Assembly (NCBI RefSeq): GCF_032444005.1
Contig: NC_091288.1
Span: forward strand, 187,116,001 to 187,180,000
DNA: 64,000 nt
Source: Ranitomeya imitator
Lineage: Eukaryota
Reading direction: 5' to 3'
The notes below the pieces were generated by a model. That model saw nothing but the letters and a program-made list of their open reading frames with translations, was not told the origin of the DNA and did not search any database. Shown piece by piece: positions 36,167-47,732 of this stretch. Both the position numbers and the translations under genes were made by a program. The first letter of the stretch is position 1. Each line of letters opens with the position of its first letter.

Positions 36167-37521
36167 TTAAGCCTATATAAGCCTGTTGAGTTCAGGTCAG
36201 AAGAAAAGTGGCCTGTCCGGACACCAGACTGTATTCAGAACGTGGATCTGGCCTTTAACCCCTTTCTGACATCGGACGTACTATCCCATCGAGGTGGTAT
36301 GGACCCCTATGACCACCAACGGGATAGTACGTCATCACCGATCAGCTGCGCTCACAGGGGGAGCGGTGCCGGGTGTCAGCTGACTATCAGAGTTGACATC
36401 CGGCACTATGTGCCAGGAGCGGTCACGGACCGCTCCTGGCACATTAACCCCCCGAACACTGCGATCAAACATGATCGCAGCGTTCTGGAAGCATAGGGAA
36501 GCATCGCACAGGGAGGGGGCTCCCTGCAGGCTTCCCTTGGAGAAATGCGATGTGATCACGTTGCTCAGAGGGTTTCCTATGTCCTCCTCCCTGCAGACCC
36601 TGGATCCAAAATGGCCGTGGAGCTCCTTCCGGGTCCTCCAGGGAGGTGGCTTGCAAGCACCTGCTCAGAGCAGGCGCTGGCAAGCCTCCTGCAGTGCCTG
36701 TCAGATCACTGGTCTGACACAGTTCTGTGCAAAGTGTCAGATCAGCGATCTGACACTGTATAGTCATGTACCCCTGGTGCAAAGTAAACAAGTAAAAAAA
36801 AAAAAAAAAACTAAAGAAAAAAATATATATATTGATCCAATAAATACATTTCTTTAAAAAAAATAAAATTAAAAGTACACATTTAATATCGCCGCCCTAT
36901 AAAACTGTCCCGCTAGTTAACCCCCTTCAGTGAACACCGTAAAAAAACGGCAAAAAACAATGCTTTATTATCATACATCCGAACAAAATGTGGAATAACA
37001 CGCGATCAAAAAGAGGGATTAAAAAAAAAAACATGGTACCGCTGAAAACGTCATCTTGTCCTGTAAAAAACGAGGCGCCATACACAGTCATCAAGGAAAA
37101 AATAAAAAAGTTATAGTCCTCAGAATAAAGCGATGTAAAAATAATAAATTTTTTATATAAAAGTTTTTATCGTATAAAAGCGCCAAAACCCCCCCCAAAA
37201 GGAATTCATGAATTGCTGGTTTTTGGTCATTCTGCCTCACAAAAATCAACTCGTCCCGCAAAAAACAAGACCTCACATGACTCTGTGGACCAAAATATGG
37301 AAAAAGTACAGCTCTCAAAATGTGGAGACTCAAAAACTATTTTTTGCAATAAAAAGTTAGGGATGGGGCTAAAATTAGGGTTAGGGTTTGGATTACATTT
37401 ACGGTTGGGATTAGGGTTAGGAGTGTGGTTAGGGTTATGGTTAGGAGTGTGTTGGAGTTAGGGGTGTGGTTCGGGTTCAGGGTATGATTAGGGGTGTGGT
37501 TAGGGTTATTGTTAGGGTTGG

Positions 37522-38805
37522 TGTGGAGAAATTGGGTCAGTGGGTGCTCTCGTCCGCTGGCCCGGCTGTCTTTAGCAAGACTGCATGGACTGGGGCTCAT
37601 ACCACTGAACGCCCGCTCTATCTCCTGGTGGGCAATACACTACACAGACAACACAGGGTTCAGATGAAACAGTGTGGCAATACTTTGTTGAACCACAACA
37701 CGCAAAAGCAAATGGAACAATCTCAGAAATTACCCCAACATAGTGCACATGACAGGGTCTTACTCTTCTGTTGTCTCGCCGGGATAATGGTAGATGTTAT
37801 ATCAGAGCTCCCAGGGTCGCTATTCCACCTGTGATACACACACAGAGAAGAGGTGACGACAAGCACAGGGAGATGACCAAGAACTGTCCATAGAGTCCAT
37901 ACGAGGTCCAAAGCCAGTTGACACGAGAGTCACCACCTGGCTTATCTGACCATCTCTATGGAACCAGGCAACCATCGGGTCCCAAACCTGGCTTTCTCCA
38001 AACATATCCATGGTTCAGAGATGGTCACTGGATCAGATCTGTGTCCTTCCAACCGGAGCTGAAAACCCCTAGGTTGTTTCCTATAGAATCCTAGATCAGT
38101 GTCCCTCGTGATGGTGCCATGATGAATTAGCTGCAGTCCGTTCTCTTGTCTGTTGGGTGGTTTGCAGAATGTCTGGCTGGTAGCACTGTGTTACTTCAGT
38201 CTCAATAATGTGATCTCTGAGTCTTTTTATACCCAAGGCATGTAAGCTATTTTTCGAATTACCCAGGGTTCTTCAGTCCAACATCAAGATCAGGTAAACA
38301 GTGGTGATGGGATCAAGTAGCACTATTAACATATCAGCACACATCAATAAACAAAGCTTAACACACCCTATGTACAGTCACTATTACAGACTTAAGGTAC
38401 CTTCACACTGAGCAACTTTCCAACGAGAACGACAACGATCCGTGACGTTGCAGCGTCTTGGATAGCGATCTTGTTGTGTTTGACACGCAGCAGCGATCAG
38501 GATCCTGCTGTGACATCGCTGGTTGGAGCTAGAAGTCCATAACTTTATTTGGTCGTCAGGTCGGCGTGATTCGTCATGCTTGACAGCAAAAGCAACGATG
38601 CCAGCAATGTTTTTTCATGGAGCTAACAACCAGCGAGAACGATAAGTACGTCACTGGATCGCTCCTGCATCGTTCTGCTGTTGCCGTGTTTGACGTCTCC
38701 TAGCGACCTAAACAGCGACGCTGCAGCGATCGGCTCGTTGTCTATATCGCTGCAGCGTCGCGTAGTGCAACAGTACCTTTAGACAGCATGTTAGATAGTA
38801 TATCA
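37522..38805 (-). mobile_element. Solo LTR (about 900 bp net) with nested Harbinger MITE
   Basis: TG...CA termini with an exact 5-bp TSD gttgg (37517-37521, 38806-38810); minus-strand TATA-like element near 38223; unrelated to the 5.4-11.3 kb LTRs. Confidence 0.65.
38395..38778. mobile_element. PIF/Harbinger-type MITE inside the solo LTR
   Basis: aggtaccttcacact...agtgcaacagtacct; TTA TSD. Confidence 0.75.
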
Positions 38806-38811
38806 GTTGGC

Positions 38812-39520
38812 AAGTCACACAGTGGCACTTTGATCGCTAGGACGGCACGATCCGTGACGTTCCAGCGATATCGTTACGATCTCGCTGTGTCTGACACGCT
38901 ACTGCGATCAGGGACCCCGCTGAGAATCATATGTCGTAGCAGATCGTCTGAAACTTTCTTTTGTCGCTGGATCTCCCGCTGACATCGCTGAATTGGCGTG
39001 TGTGACGCCGATTCAGCGATGTCTTCACTGGTAACCAGGGTAAACATCGGGTTACTAAGCGCAGGGCCGCGCTTAGTAACCCGATGTTTACCCTGGTTAC
39101 CAGCGTAAACTTAAAAAAAAAAAAAACAGTACATACTTACCTTCCGTCTGTCCCCCGGCGCTGTGCTTCACTGCACTGGCTTTGAGCGCCGGCCAGCCGG
39201 AAAGCACAGCGGTGACGTCACCACTCTGCTTTACGGCTGACCGGTGCTGACAGTGCAGAGGAAAGCACAGCGCCGGAGGACAGACACGGAAGGTAAGTAT
39301 GTAGTGTTTGTTTTTTTTACTTTTAGGATGGTAACCAGGGTAAACATCGGGTTACTAAGCGCGGCCCTGCGCTTAGTTACCCGATGTTTACCCTGGTTAC
39401 TGGCATCGTTGGTCGCTGGAGAGCTGTCTGTGTGACAGCTCTCCAGCGATCACACAGCGACGCTGCAGTGATCGACATCGCTGTCGTATTGCTGCAGCGT
39501 CGTTTCAGTGTGACGGTACC
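38812..39520. mobile_element. PIF/Harbinger-type element, left end truncated
   Basis: Same internal palindromes as 8294-9020; right TIR gtgtgacggtaccc. Confidence 0.7.
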
Positions 39521-41573
39521 CTTAGATTCACAAGCCAATATACAGATAAAAAGCTAGTTCTTTTGGTTTACAAAAACATGGTTGTCTGGGAAATTAAGAT
39601 ACAATCTGGTTTCTTCACAGTTGGGATTAGGGTTAGGGGTGTGTTTGGATTAGGGTTTCAGTTAGAATTGGGGGGGGGGGTTCAATGTTTAGGCACATCA
39701 GTGGCTCTCTAAACGCGACATGGCGTCCGATCTCAATTCCAGCCAATTTTGCATTGAAGAGTCAAACAGCGCTCCTTCCCTTCCGAGCTCTGCCATGCGC
39801 CCAAACAGTGGCTTACCCCCATATATGGGGTATCGGGGTACTCAGGACAAATTGCACAACTTTTGGGATCCAATTTCTTCTGTTACCTTGGGAAAATAAA
39901 AAATTGGGGGCGAAATGATCATTTATGTGAAAAAATATGATTTTTGATTTTTACAGCTCTACATTATAAACTTCTGTGAAGCACTTGTTGCGTCAAAGTA
40001 CTCACCACACATCTAGATAAGTTCCTTAGGGGGTCTACTTTCCAAATGGTGTCACTTGTGGGGGGTTTCAATGTTTAGGCACATCAGTGGCTCTCCAAAT
40101 GCGACATGACGTCCCATCTTAATTCCAGTCAATTTTGCATTGAAAAGTCAAATGGCGCTCCTTCGCTTCTGACATGCGCCCAAACAGTGGTTTACCCCCA
40201 CATATGGGGTATCAGCGGCCTCAGGACAAATTGCACGACAACTTTTGGGGTCCAGTTTCTCCTGTTACCCTTGGTAAAATAAAACAAATTGGAGCTGAAG
40301 TAATTTTTTTGTGAAGAAAACTGAAATGTTCATTTGTTGTTAAACATTCCAAAAATTCCTGTAAAGCACCTGAAGGGTTAATAAACTTCTTGAATATGGT
40401 TTTGAGCACCTTGAGGGGTGCAGTTTTTAGAATGGCGTCACACTTGGTTATTTTCTATCATATAGACCCCTCAAAATGACTTCAAATGAGATGTGGTCCC
40501 TAAAAAAAAAAATATTGTAAAAAAAGAGAAATTGCTGGTCAACTTTTATCCCTTATAACTCCCTAACAAAAAAATGTTGGTTCCAAAATTGTGCTGATGT
40601 AAAGTAGACATGTGGGGAATGTTACTTATTAAGTATTTTGTGTGACATAGCTCTGATCTAAGAGCATAAAAATTCAAAGTTGGAAAATTGAGAAATTTTT
40701 GCCAAATTTGTTTTTTTCACAAATAAACGCAGATACTGAAATTTTACCACTATCAGGAAGTACAATATGTCACAAGAAAACAATGTCAGAATTACCGGGA
40801 TCCGTTGAAGCGTTCCAGAGTTATAACCTCATAAAGGGACAGGGGTCAGAATTGTAAAAATTGGCCCGGTCAGTAATGTGCAAACCACCCTTGGGGGTAA
40901 AGGGGTTAACGAACACATCAAGATGGCTGATTAGGGGTTCTTCTCCTGTTTCTGCAGTGACTGCTACATGTTGAACGGAGCTCTGCTGTTCAGCTCTGTT
41001 CATTGTTTTATGTGGGGCCCCCACCTGACACCCACGACAATCAGATATTAATGACCTATCCTAAGAAATGGCTCATCAATATCAAAAGACCTGACAATCC
41101 CTTTTACAACAAAAAAAATGTAAGAGGTGCTGTAAAATTTAACGTTAATAACGTTCTACAGCCGCAGTGCCTTTAGGCTGCTCTGCATTATTTCACTATG
41201 AGCCAAGCCTCTTGCTAAAGATCATAAAAAGTAGCCCAAAATAATATGGCTCAAATCCCTGTATGCTGGATTAAGGCTGTATATATTCTATGCATTGGAA
41301 TCCGTTTTATAAACCATATGCTCACTGTGAGTTCCCCCCCCCAATAACTTAGCTAGTAGTGGAAGCAACCTCGGCCTTGTCATCACTCATCAGTTAATTG
41401 CGTAATTCAGATGACAATTTGAGGCTGTGGAGTTGCTGCTCTTGACAAATTGGTGACAGCGGTGGGATCTGTGTGATTTTTTTTTCCCTGCTGTTATCCT
41501 TGACAAACTGGTGGGAGCTGTGTGATTCCTCCTGCTGTTATCCTTTACGAGCTGTGTGATTCCTCCTGCTGTT

Positions 41574-41840
41574 ATAATAATAATCTTTATTTTTTATATA
41601 GAGCTAACATATTCCGCAGCGCTTTACAGTTTGCACACATTATCATCACTGTCCCCCATTGGGGCTCACACTCTAAATTCCCTATCAGTATGTCTTTGAA
41701 ATGTGGGAGGAAACCGGAGTACCCGGAGGAAACCCACGCAAACACTGGGAGAACATACAAACTCCTTGCAGATGTTGTCCAAGGTGGGATTAGAACCCAG
41801 GACCCCAGCGCTGCAAGGCTGCAGTGCTTACCACTGTGCC
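41574..41840 (-). mobile_element. tRNA-derived V-SINE
   Basis: Same family as 25689-25963: (ATT)n tail, V-domain, B-box region. Confidence 0.8.
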
Positions 41841-41968
41841 GATGTGTCCTTGACAAACTGGTGGGATCTTCATGACTCGTCCAGATGTGCTCCCTGACAC
41901 TGCTGTATATACATCACATAGGAGAAACTGTGACTCCTGCATACATCACTCAGGAGACACTGACAGCT

Positions 41969-42733
41969 TAGTATAGCAAAAAAAGAGGGGTAATAAACCA
42001 CTCAAACTGAACAAAGGGTGCCCAGAAAAATTATATTGTAAATAGCAAAAGGGAACCTAAAATATAACGTTTAATGAATATTATTAAAAACTACATGACA
42101 ACATATGACAAACTCGTACATTGACCTCTCTCCTAGAGAGGCTCCCTGGAGATTCTTTTGTCTCGGTTGAGCACTCCATCAAGTCCTGACCACATACTGA
42201 CTGCCTTATCCCCTGATGATTCTTCCCTGAGATGAAACGCGTAGGGAGGTGGTCTTTAACGCAGGAGATGGTCTTGGAGTCCAACGGATCCTAGATGGAC
42301 GGAATTTGATCCATGGGACTCTTACCTTGACATGGGGAACACATTTCAGTATGCTGCAGCGCCACATTTGGGTGAGACTGTTCCAATAGCTCTATGTGTG
42401 TCCTCGTGTATTTGAGGCTTCTCATTGGTGACAAATAGCGGTGCTGTTTTTTCTTTCACCTTATAGAGAACCTTAAGTAAAATCTTTGTAACAGTAGCAT
42501 ATATTGGTATTCCTCTACTTTACTGGATAGGGCGTATAATGTGGTAATAAGCCCTTCAGGCTGTGTAGAGTTCCCAATTGACTACTTATTTTTCCTCTTC
42601 TGGACTGTTTATCAGTTCCTTGTCCTGTTGACCTGTGTGGTCAATGTACGAGTTTGTCATTATATGTTGTGTCATGTAGTTTTTAATAATATTCATTAAA
42701 CGTTATATTTTAGGTTCCCTTTTGCCATTTACA
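41969..42733 (+). mobile_element. Penelope-like insertion with a hammerhead-like motif
   Basis: 14-bp TSD agacactgacagct (41955-41968, 42734-42747); internal inverted repeat (about 42040-42125 vs 42640-42733); CTGATGA...GAAACGCGTA at 42209-42247. Confidence 0.65.
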
Positions 42734-43678
42734 AGACACTGACAGCTGCCTACAACTCACAGGCTGGAGCGCAGAGCTCGCTAAGCCCCTCCAAAAAAGA
42801 ATGTCCTGATGCTGACACTGGCCAGTGATGGATGCAAGCTAGCTCTGCATGTCCCATGGTCTTCATTTCAGTAGTGAATGCTGTGTGCGCGCATGCTTGT
42901 CAGAAAACTCAAACAACTGGCAAAAAGAAAAACATGGCTGGTGGCCCAAGATCAAATGACTGACTAGAGGTTCCCCTCCCTACACCTCAGGTACCTTAGC
43001 TGTCAGACTAAAATGTGGCTCACTGTATTGTTGCTTGGCGGTGCTCCAGAGTCGCCATCTGTTGCATTCACATGTGTGATTTCACTGGAATTTCAGAGGC
43101 TGTATAAAGAGGGTGATCTAAAACATACTGCGTAAGGTCTGTATACAAAATAGTTCCAACCAATTTTAATTGCAATCCTTGTAAAATACCAAAATTACTT
43201 GCAGGTAATCATTTTTTTCAGGACCCATGACAGCACACCTAAGAGTGGTCCACCCACCAAGGACAGGAAACCGACTGAAATATAAGGGCAGCACCTATCC
43301 CCTGCATCAGTTGGGTTACAGAGCATGAGAGGACCTCCATTAATTATATACGCAACCAACACCGTTCTTCATTTCACACATCCGTACGCAGCATGATGCA
43401 ATTTTTTTTCCTTGCGTTGAATTGGTGAGAAAAAAATAGATCTGCACTGACGCATTGAATAACACTGGTGCGAGTGCAATGCAATTTTTTTATATCACAT
43501 TGCACTCAACGTATTTAGAAGCAAGTGTGAGTGAACACAAATACGGATGTAGAATACTGATCAAATACTTAACACGGCCTCGTATAGACAAACTCATCAC
43601 ATCACCTGGGTTCTCTAAAGCTGATGCGGAGATCCAAAAATTTAAAGGGCGTTTTCCCATAGTGATATATAGTTAGAA

Positions 43679-44182
43679 CAGGGATCCTCAAACTGCGGCC
43701 CACGGGCCGCATGTAGCCCGCCGAGGACATTTATTTGGGCCCGGCCGACATTTACCTTCACTACAGTTCAATGCCGGTGGGTCCTGTAATTGCGGGCAGA
43801 ACGGCAAGAAAAGGCGATGCGCAGCCCCCCGTATGCAGCACAGACCACGTGATTGTCATCACACCGTCTGCGCGGCCTGATGTCACACCACCTGTGCCAA
43901 AAGATGCAGGCACCTCTTCAGAGCAGCGGGGGACATAGGTGAGTACTGTTTTGTTTTTTAATGCTGGGTCTGGACTGTGCTGCCTATTGGGGACTCTCGC
44001 ACCACACCAGTCTGACCCTGATGTAAAAGCAGAGTTCCTCCAATATGGGCACTGGTGAGGCTGAAAGGATAATGACTGGCAAGGCTGCATTGATGGGCAC
44101 TGATCAGACTGCATTGATGGGCAGTGCAGTCTGTATGTCTCTGTGTGGGGAACTTTATTGCTGGTATGTTGTTTTTGTAACG

Positions 44183-44253
<71 letters not shown>

Positions 44254-45435
44254 TATTTTACTAATAGCATTTTAGAATCTGTAGAATCTGCTGAGTTTTG
44301 GGGTGCCAGTTAATACTAATTAACAAGAGCTACTGGATCTTTAAAAAGGGGGTTTATTACAAACAAGGTATTTACAATGACATAGATATGGGAAGTCTAA
44401 CTAAGGGACAAGGGTAAATTAAAGGGAAGAGGTAATAGGAGAGGGTAGAGGAAACTGATGTGGGAAAGGAGAAGATACATAACTGATCCTTACATATATA
44501 TTAAACCAATACACATCCACATACAAGCCATGACTCCACCATTGCTTCCGGTATCTTCTGTGGCAAATGTCCAGCCGTCTTCTGGCAATGTGAACATGTG
44601 TCATTGGCTGCAGTAATCATCACCTTCGTGCACATGGCATCTTTGTACTTGGGAAGAAAGTTCTTGTGTAGGACAGGTTCAACTCCATTTGGGCTGGCTC
44701 CAACAGGTCTATTCAAAGAACAATGGTTGGTCACCCAAACACCACAGGCATTGTGTATCAATATACATCTCCATAGGCCAAAGACAGGATGTCTAACTCA
44801 GGACCACTGGCTTATAATGGAAGCCCACAGGAGTTGTGTACATATGTAGATAATGATAGGTCACAAACAGGATAGAGGCCATTCATTCAAGATTTCCACA
44901 GTGTACACCTATATCCTCCATTAGGTTGGAGGGCCAATATTCATTTCGTATGTAGATGCACCTCTGCCTTATCACTAAAACAAAGGACATCGCACAAAAG
45001 AACACCGGCCTGACTGCCTAATAGGTTTACAGTCTTGTATCTGGTTTATCTCATCAACAGAGTCCTGGAAATATTCAGCACTCAAATTCAATATATATCA
45101 GTGATTTCTATGATACGTGCATTGTCCATGTTGCCTCTAACAGGATCCCTAGGAAAACAGGATATCAAGAAAGAGAACAATTGCTTCACTTGTTACGACT
45201 AGCAGTGACAAATATGGAACCGGACATTGACCATCTCATTAGCCAAAAGCAGGCCCATAGTTCCCACTGAAATACCGGTGAGTTTGTTGATTTAACTTTA
45301 CTTGTTCTCCATTTTAAATATTGTATTTGTTCCTGTTTTGTTTCTTAATTCAAAATAAGATTTAAAACTATATTTCAGCCCCCCAATGGTCTGAGGGACC
45401 GTGAACTGGCACAGTTTAAAAAGTCTGAGGACCCG
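43679..45435. mobile_element. hAT (Charlie-like) non-autonomous element, only in copy B
   Basis: cagggatcctcaaact ... agtctgaggacccg; exact 8-bp TSD agttagaa (43671-43678, 45436-45443); a single agttagaa at the empty site in copy A (12675-12682). Confidence 0.85.
44186..44250. repeat. (TA)n microsatellite, about 32 units
   Basis: Pure dinucleotide run; a second (TA)n at about 45737-45775. Confidence 0.95.
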
Positions 45436-45635
45436 AGTTAGAATATGACGTTGCTTTCTGATTGGTGGAGCTCTTGTACCCCTGAGAAAGAAAGGGGCCA
45501 CAGTGCTGAGTCCCTTCCCTGTTTACCTTGCACAGTGGTGCTCCTGACCACCTGAAGAGCACCCCCATCCATTGTGGTGACTGGCTATACTGCAGCGCCT
45601 GGCTCCATGGGAGTCCAGAGGCTATGATAAACTAA

Positions 45636-45734
45636 TTCCAAAGACATACTGATGGGGAATTTAGATTGTGAGCCCCATCGGGGACAGCGATGATAATGTG
45701 TGCAAACTGTAAAGCGCTGCGGAATAGGTTAGCG

Positions 45735-45778
<44 letters not shown>

Positions 45779-45792
45779 TATTATTATTATTA
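45636..45792 (+). mobile_element. 5'-truncated V-SINE 3' end, only in copy B
   Basis: Reverse complement of the 3' part of 25689-25963, with (TA)n and an (ATT)n tail; absent at about 12850 in copy A. Confidence 0.7.
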
Positions 45793-46143
45793 ATGCTGCG
45801 GCCCCTCCATTGTCAGGATCGGTGGGAGTCCCCAGAAGGTGTTAACATATCCCAGCTATGTTCCAGCACTCTTTCAGATAATTGTTAATCATTAAATGGT
45901 TAATTCTATCAATAAAGACAATTCACCCAATAATATTTCCATTTCATTTCAATCATTTATTCAGTATCCGATCACAAGAAGGCAAAAACCCAAAACACTA
46001 CAACAGTAAAAATCCCGCCATGAAAACCCCCCACATACATTACACAGTATTATTAGAAGACATTGCAGATAACACACTATATACAGATGTAGCAATGTAA
46101 CAAGAAATAATGTAATTTTGACGCGATGTCGTTGGCACCGACC

Positions 46144-47697
46144 TCAGCTTGTTATTTTAACAGAGGCGCCATCTTCCAAATACAAGAAAACATGTAGGGG
46201 TTCGGTGAAGGAAGCAGTGAAGGTGTATAAGTGTGTGACGGGGTCACTTAGCTCATAGAAGGACAGACGCCCGGCCTCATAGTCCAAGAAGACTCCCAGT
46301 TTTGGACTTTGTGGCTTTACATCAAGGCTTAATATTAATGAGTTGTAACTTACATAATAAGCTTCCTCAGACATAAACAAAAACCAAGATTTAGCATTAA
46401 GTCTAACATCAGAGTTATATCCTTCCCTTTCTACACTGGGATAACACATTCCGACTTCGCATTCTCCAATCTGGTTCCACTCTACCTCCCAGTAATGTCT
46501 TCCTGAGGAAAGGTCACATCTGCTTAAAACATGGGAGTAATCCATAAATCTCACTGACGATTCTGGTCTGTCCTGTTCTTCTGAATCTGTTGCAGTTTTC
46601 AGATCTTCTGATATCTTTATACAGTTATAAGCAGCGTCCACATCCAGCAACACGTCTGGAACTTGGATCCCGAGCTCTGAGGTTACATAGGTGACAATAT
46701 CCCTCATGGATCGGTGTAAGGTCAATGAGATCAGACCTTCATCCAGATCCTCCCCACAATCCACATCTCCATCATCTCCCCAAGTGTCCTCATCATCTTC
46801 ATACCCTGTAATATCACTTTCTTGTAAGAGTCGTATTGGGTCAGTGACACGACACATCTCCTCCATATAAAACATTTTCTTGGACAGGTCTTGCTCCTGA
46901 ACTTCCAACGTCTGGATCAGCTGAGATATCTTGGACACAGCCTTCTTCTCCTGCCTGAAGACCTCGCTCAGTGCTTTAGCTTCTGCAGCATCCAGTTGTT
47001 TCCTAATGTCCATAAATAACTTGCTGATGTTCCCCTTCTTACCAGAGGCTTTCCGACGGATAGCCCACATATCATCCTGCAGCTTTTGGACTCTGGTCTG
47101 AATTTTAGCTCTTTGTGGGTACAGATAATTCACATATTTCACCAGTTTCTCCTTTCTCTTCTCAGAAGCCTCAGCTAGAAGTTCCATCTTGTGACCCCAA
47201 TGTTCACCAACCAAACAGCAAGACACACAGAGACAAACCTCGTCCTCCAGGCAGTAATACTCCAGGAGCTTCTTGTGGAGAGAACATTTCTTGTTGCCAA
47301 TTGAGAGAGTTGGTTCTATTAATATGTGATCCATCGTCTTATTGTGGACAGTCAGGTGTTTGCCACATAGAGAGTTCTCACACTGCAGACATGTTCTTAC
47401 AGCCGGGGTGGGGGTATCGCAGTAAGCACAAAAAATTTGGGGGGGTTCCTCAGGCTGAGAAGATGTGAAACGCTCCACTATATTCGACAGCTTCCTGTTC
47501 TTCTCCAGGGTCGGACGCTCCGGATATTCTGCTCTGCACTCCGGACAGGAATATGCTCCAGTTACCTCCTGTATATCCAGGACTCTCACAACACAGACGT
47601 GGCAGAAGTTGTGTCCGCAGCTCAGGTATACGGGATGTGTAAAGAGGCCCAGGCAAATGGGGCAGTTCAGCTCGTCCTTCAGCTCAGCAGACGCCAT
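46144..47697 (-). CDS. TRIM E3 ligase, 517 aa, copy B (RING, B-box1, B-box2, coiled coil, PRY/SPRY)
   Basis: Open ORF; about 20 substitutions and two single-codon indels versus copy A. Confidence 0.93.
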   Translation of the reverse strand: MASAELKDELNCPICLGLFTHPVYLSCGHNFCHVCVVRVLDIQEVTGAYSCPECRAEYPERPTLEKNRKLSNIVERFTSSQPEEPPQIFCAYCDTPTPAVRTCLQCENSLCGKHLTVHNKTMDHILIEPTLSIGNKKCSLHKKLLEYYCLEDEVCLCVSCCLVGEHWGHKMELLAEASEKRKEKLVKYVNYLYPQRAKIQTRVQKLQDDMWAIRRKASGKKGNISKLFMDIRKQLDAAEAKALSEVFRQEKKAVSKISQLIQTLEVQEQDLSKKMFYMEEMCRVTDPIRLLQESDITGYEDDEDTWGDDGDVDCGEDLDEGLISLTLHRSMRDIVTYVTSELGIQVPDVLLDVDAAYNCIKISEDLKTATDSEEQDRPESSVRFMDYSHVLSRCDLSSGRHYWEVEWNQIGECEVGMCYPSVEREGYNSDVRLNAKSWFLFMSEEAYYVSYNSLILSLDVKPQSPKLGVFLDYEAGRLSFYELSDPVTHLYTFTASFTEPLHVFLYLEDGASVKITS

Positions 47698-47732
47698 TGA
47701 TTCGTGATTTGAGAAGGTCGGAGAGTTAAGTC

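Larger units (their letters stand above)
36259..40905. mobile_element. piggyBac-like composite element, inverted relative to 16033-21494, with nested insertions
   Basis: TTAA (36255-36258) ccccttt ... aaagggg TTAA (40906-40909); its right part is the reverse complement of the left part of 16033-21494. Confidence 0.65.

Noticed and set aside
42750-43000. Possible vestigial promoter (gcgcgcatgc NRF1-like, aacatggct YY1-like)
   Set aside because: Two short motifs without a CpG island or downstream exon are expected by chance.
43761-44270. 169-aa ORF with a YIYIYI run
   Set aside because: Translation of a (TA)n microsatellite inside a hAT element.
44280-45266. About 1-kb LTR-like insert inside the copy-B hAT element
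   Set aside because: Composition suggests a minus-strand LTR, but no consistent termini or TSD could be fixed by eye.
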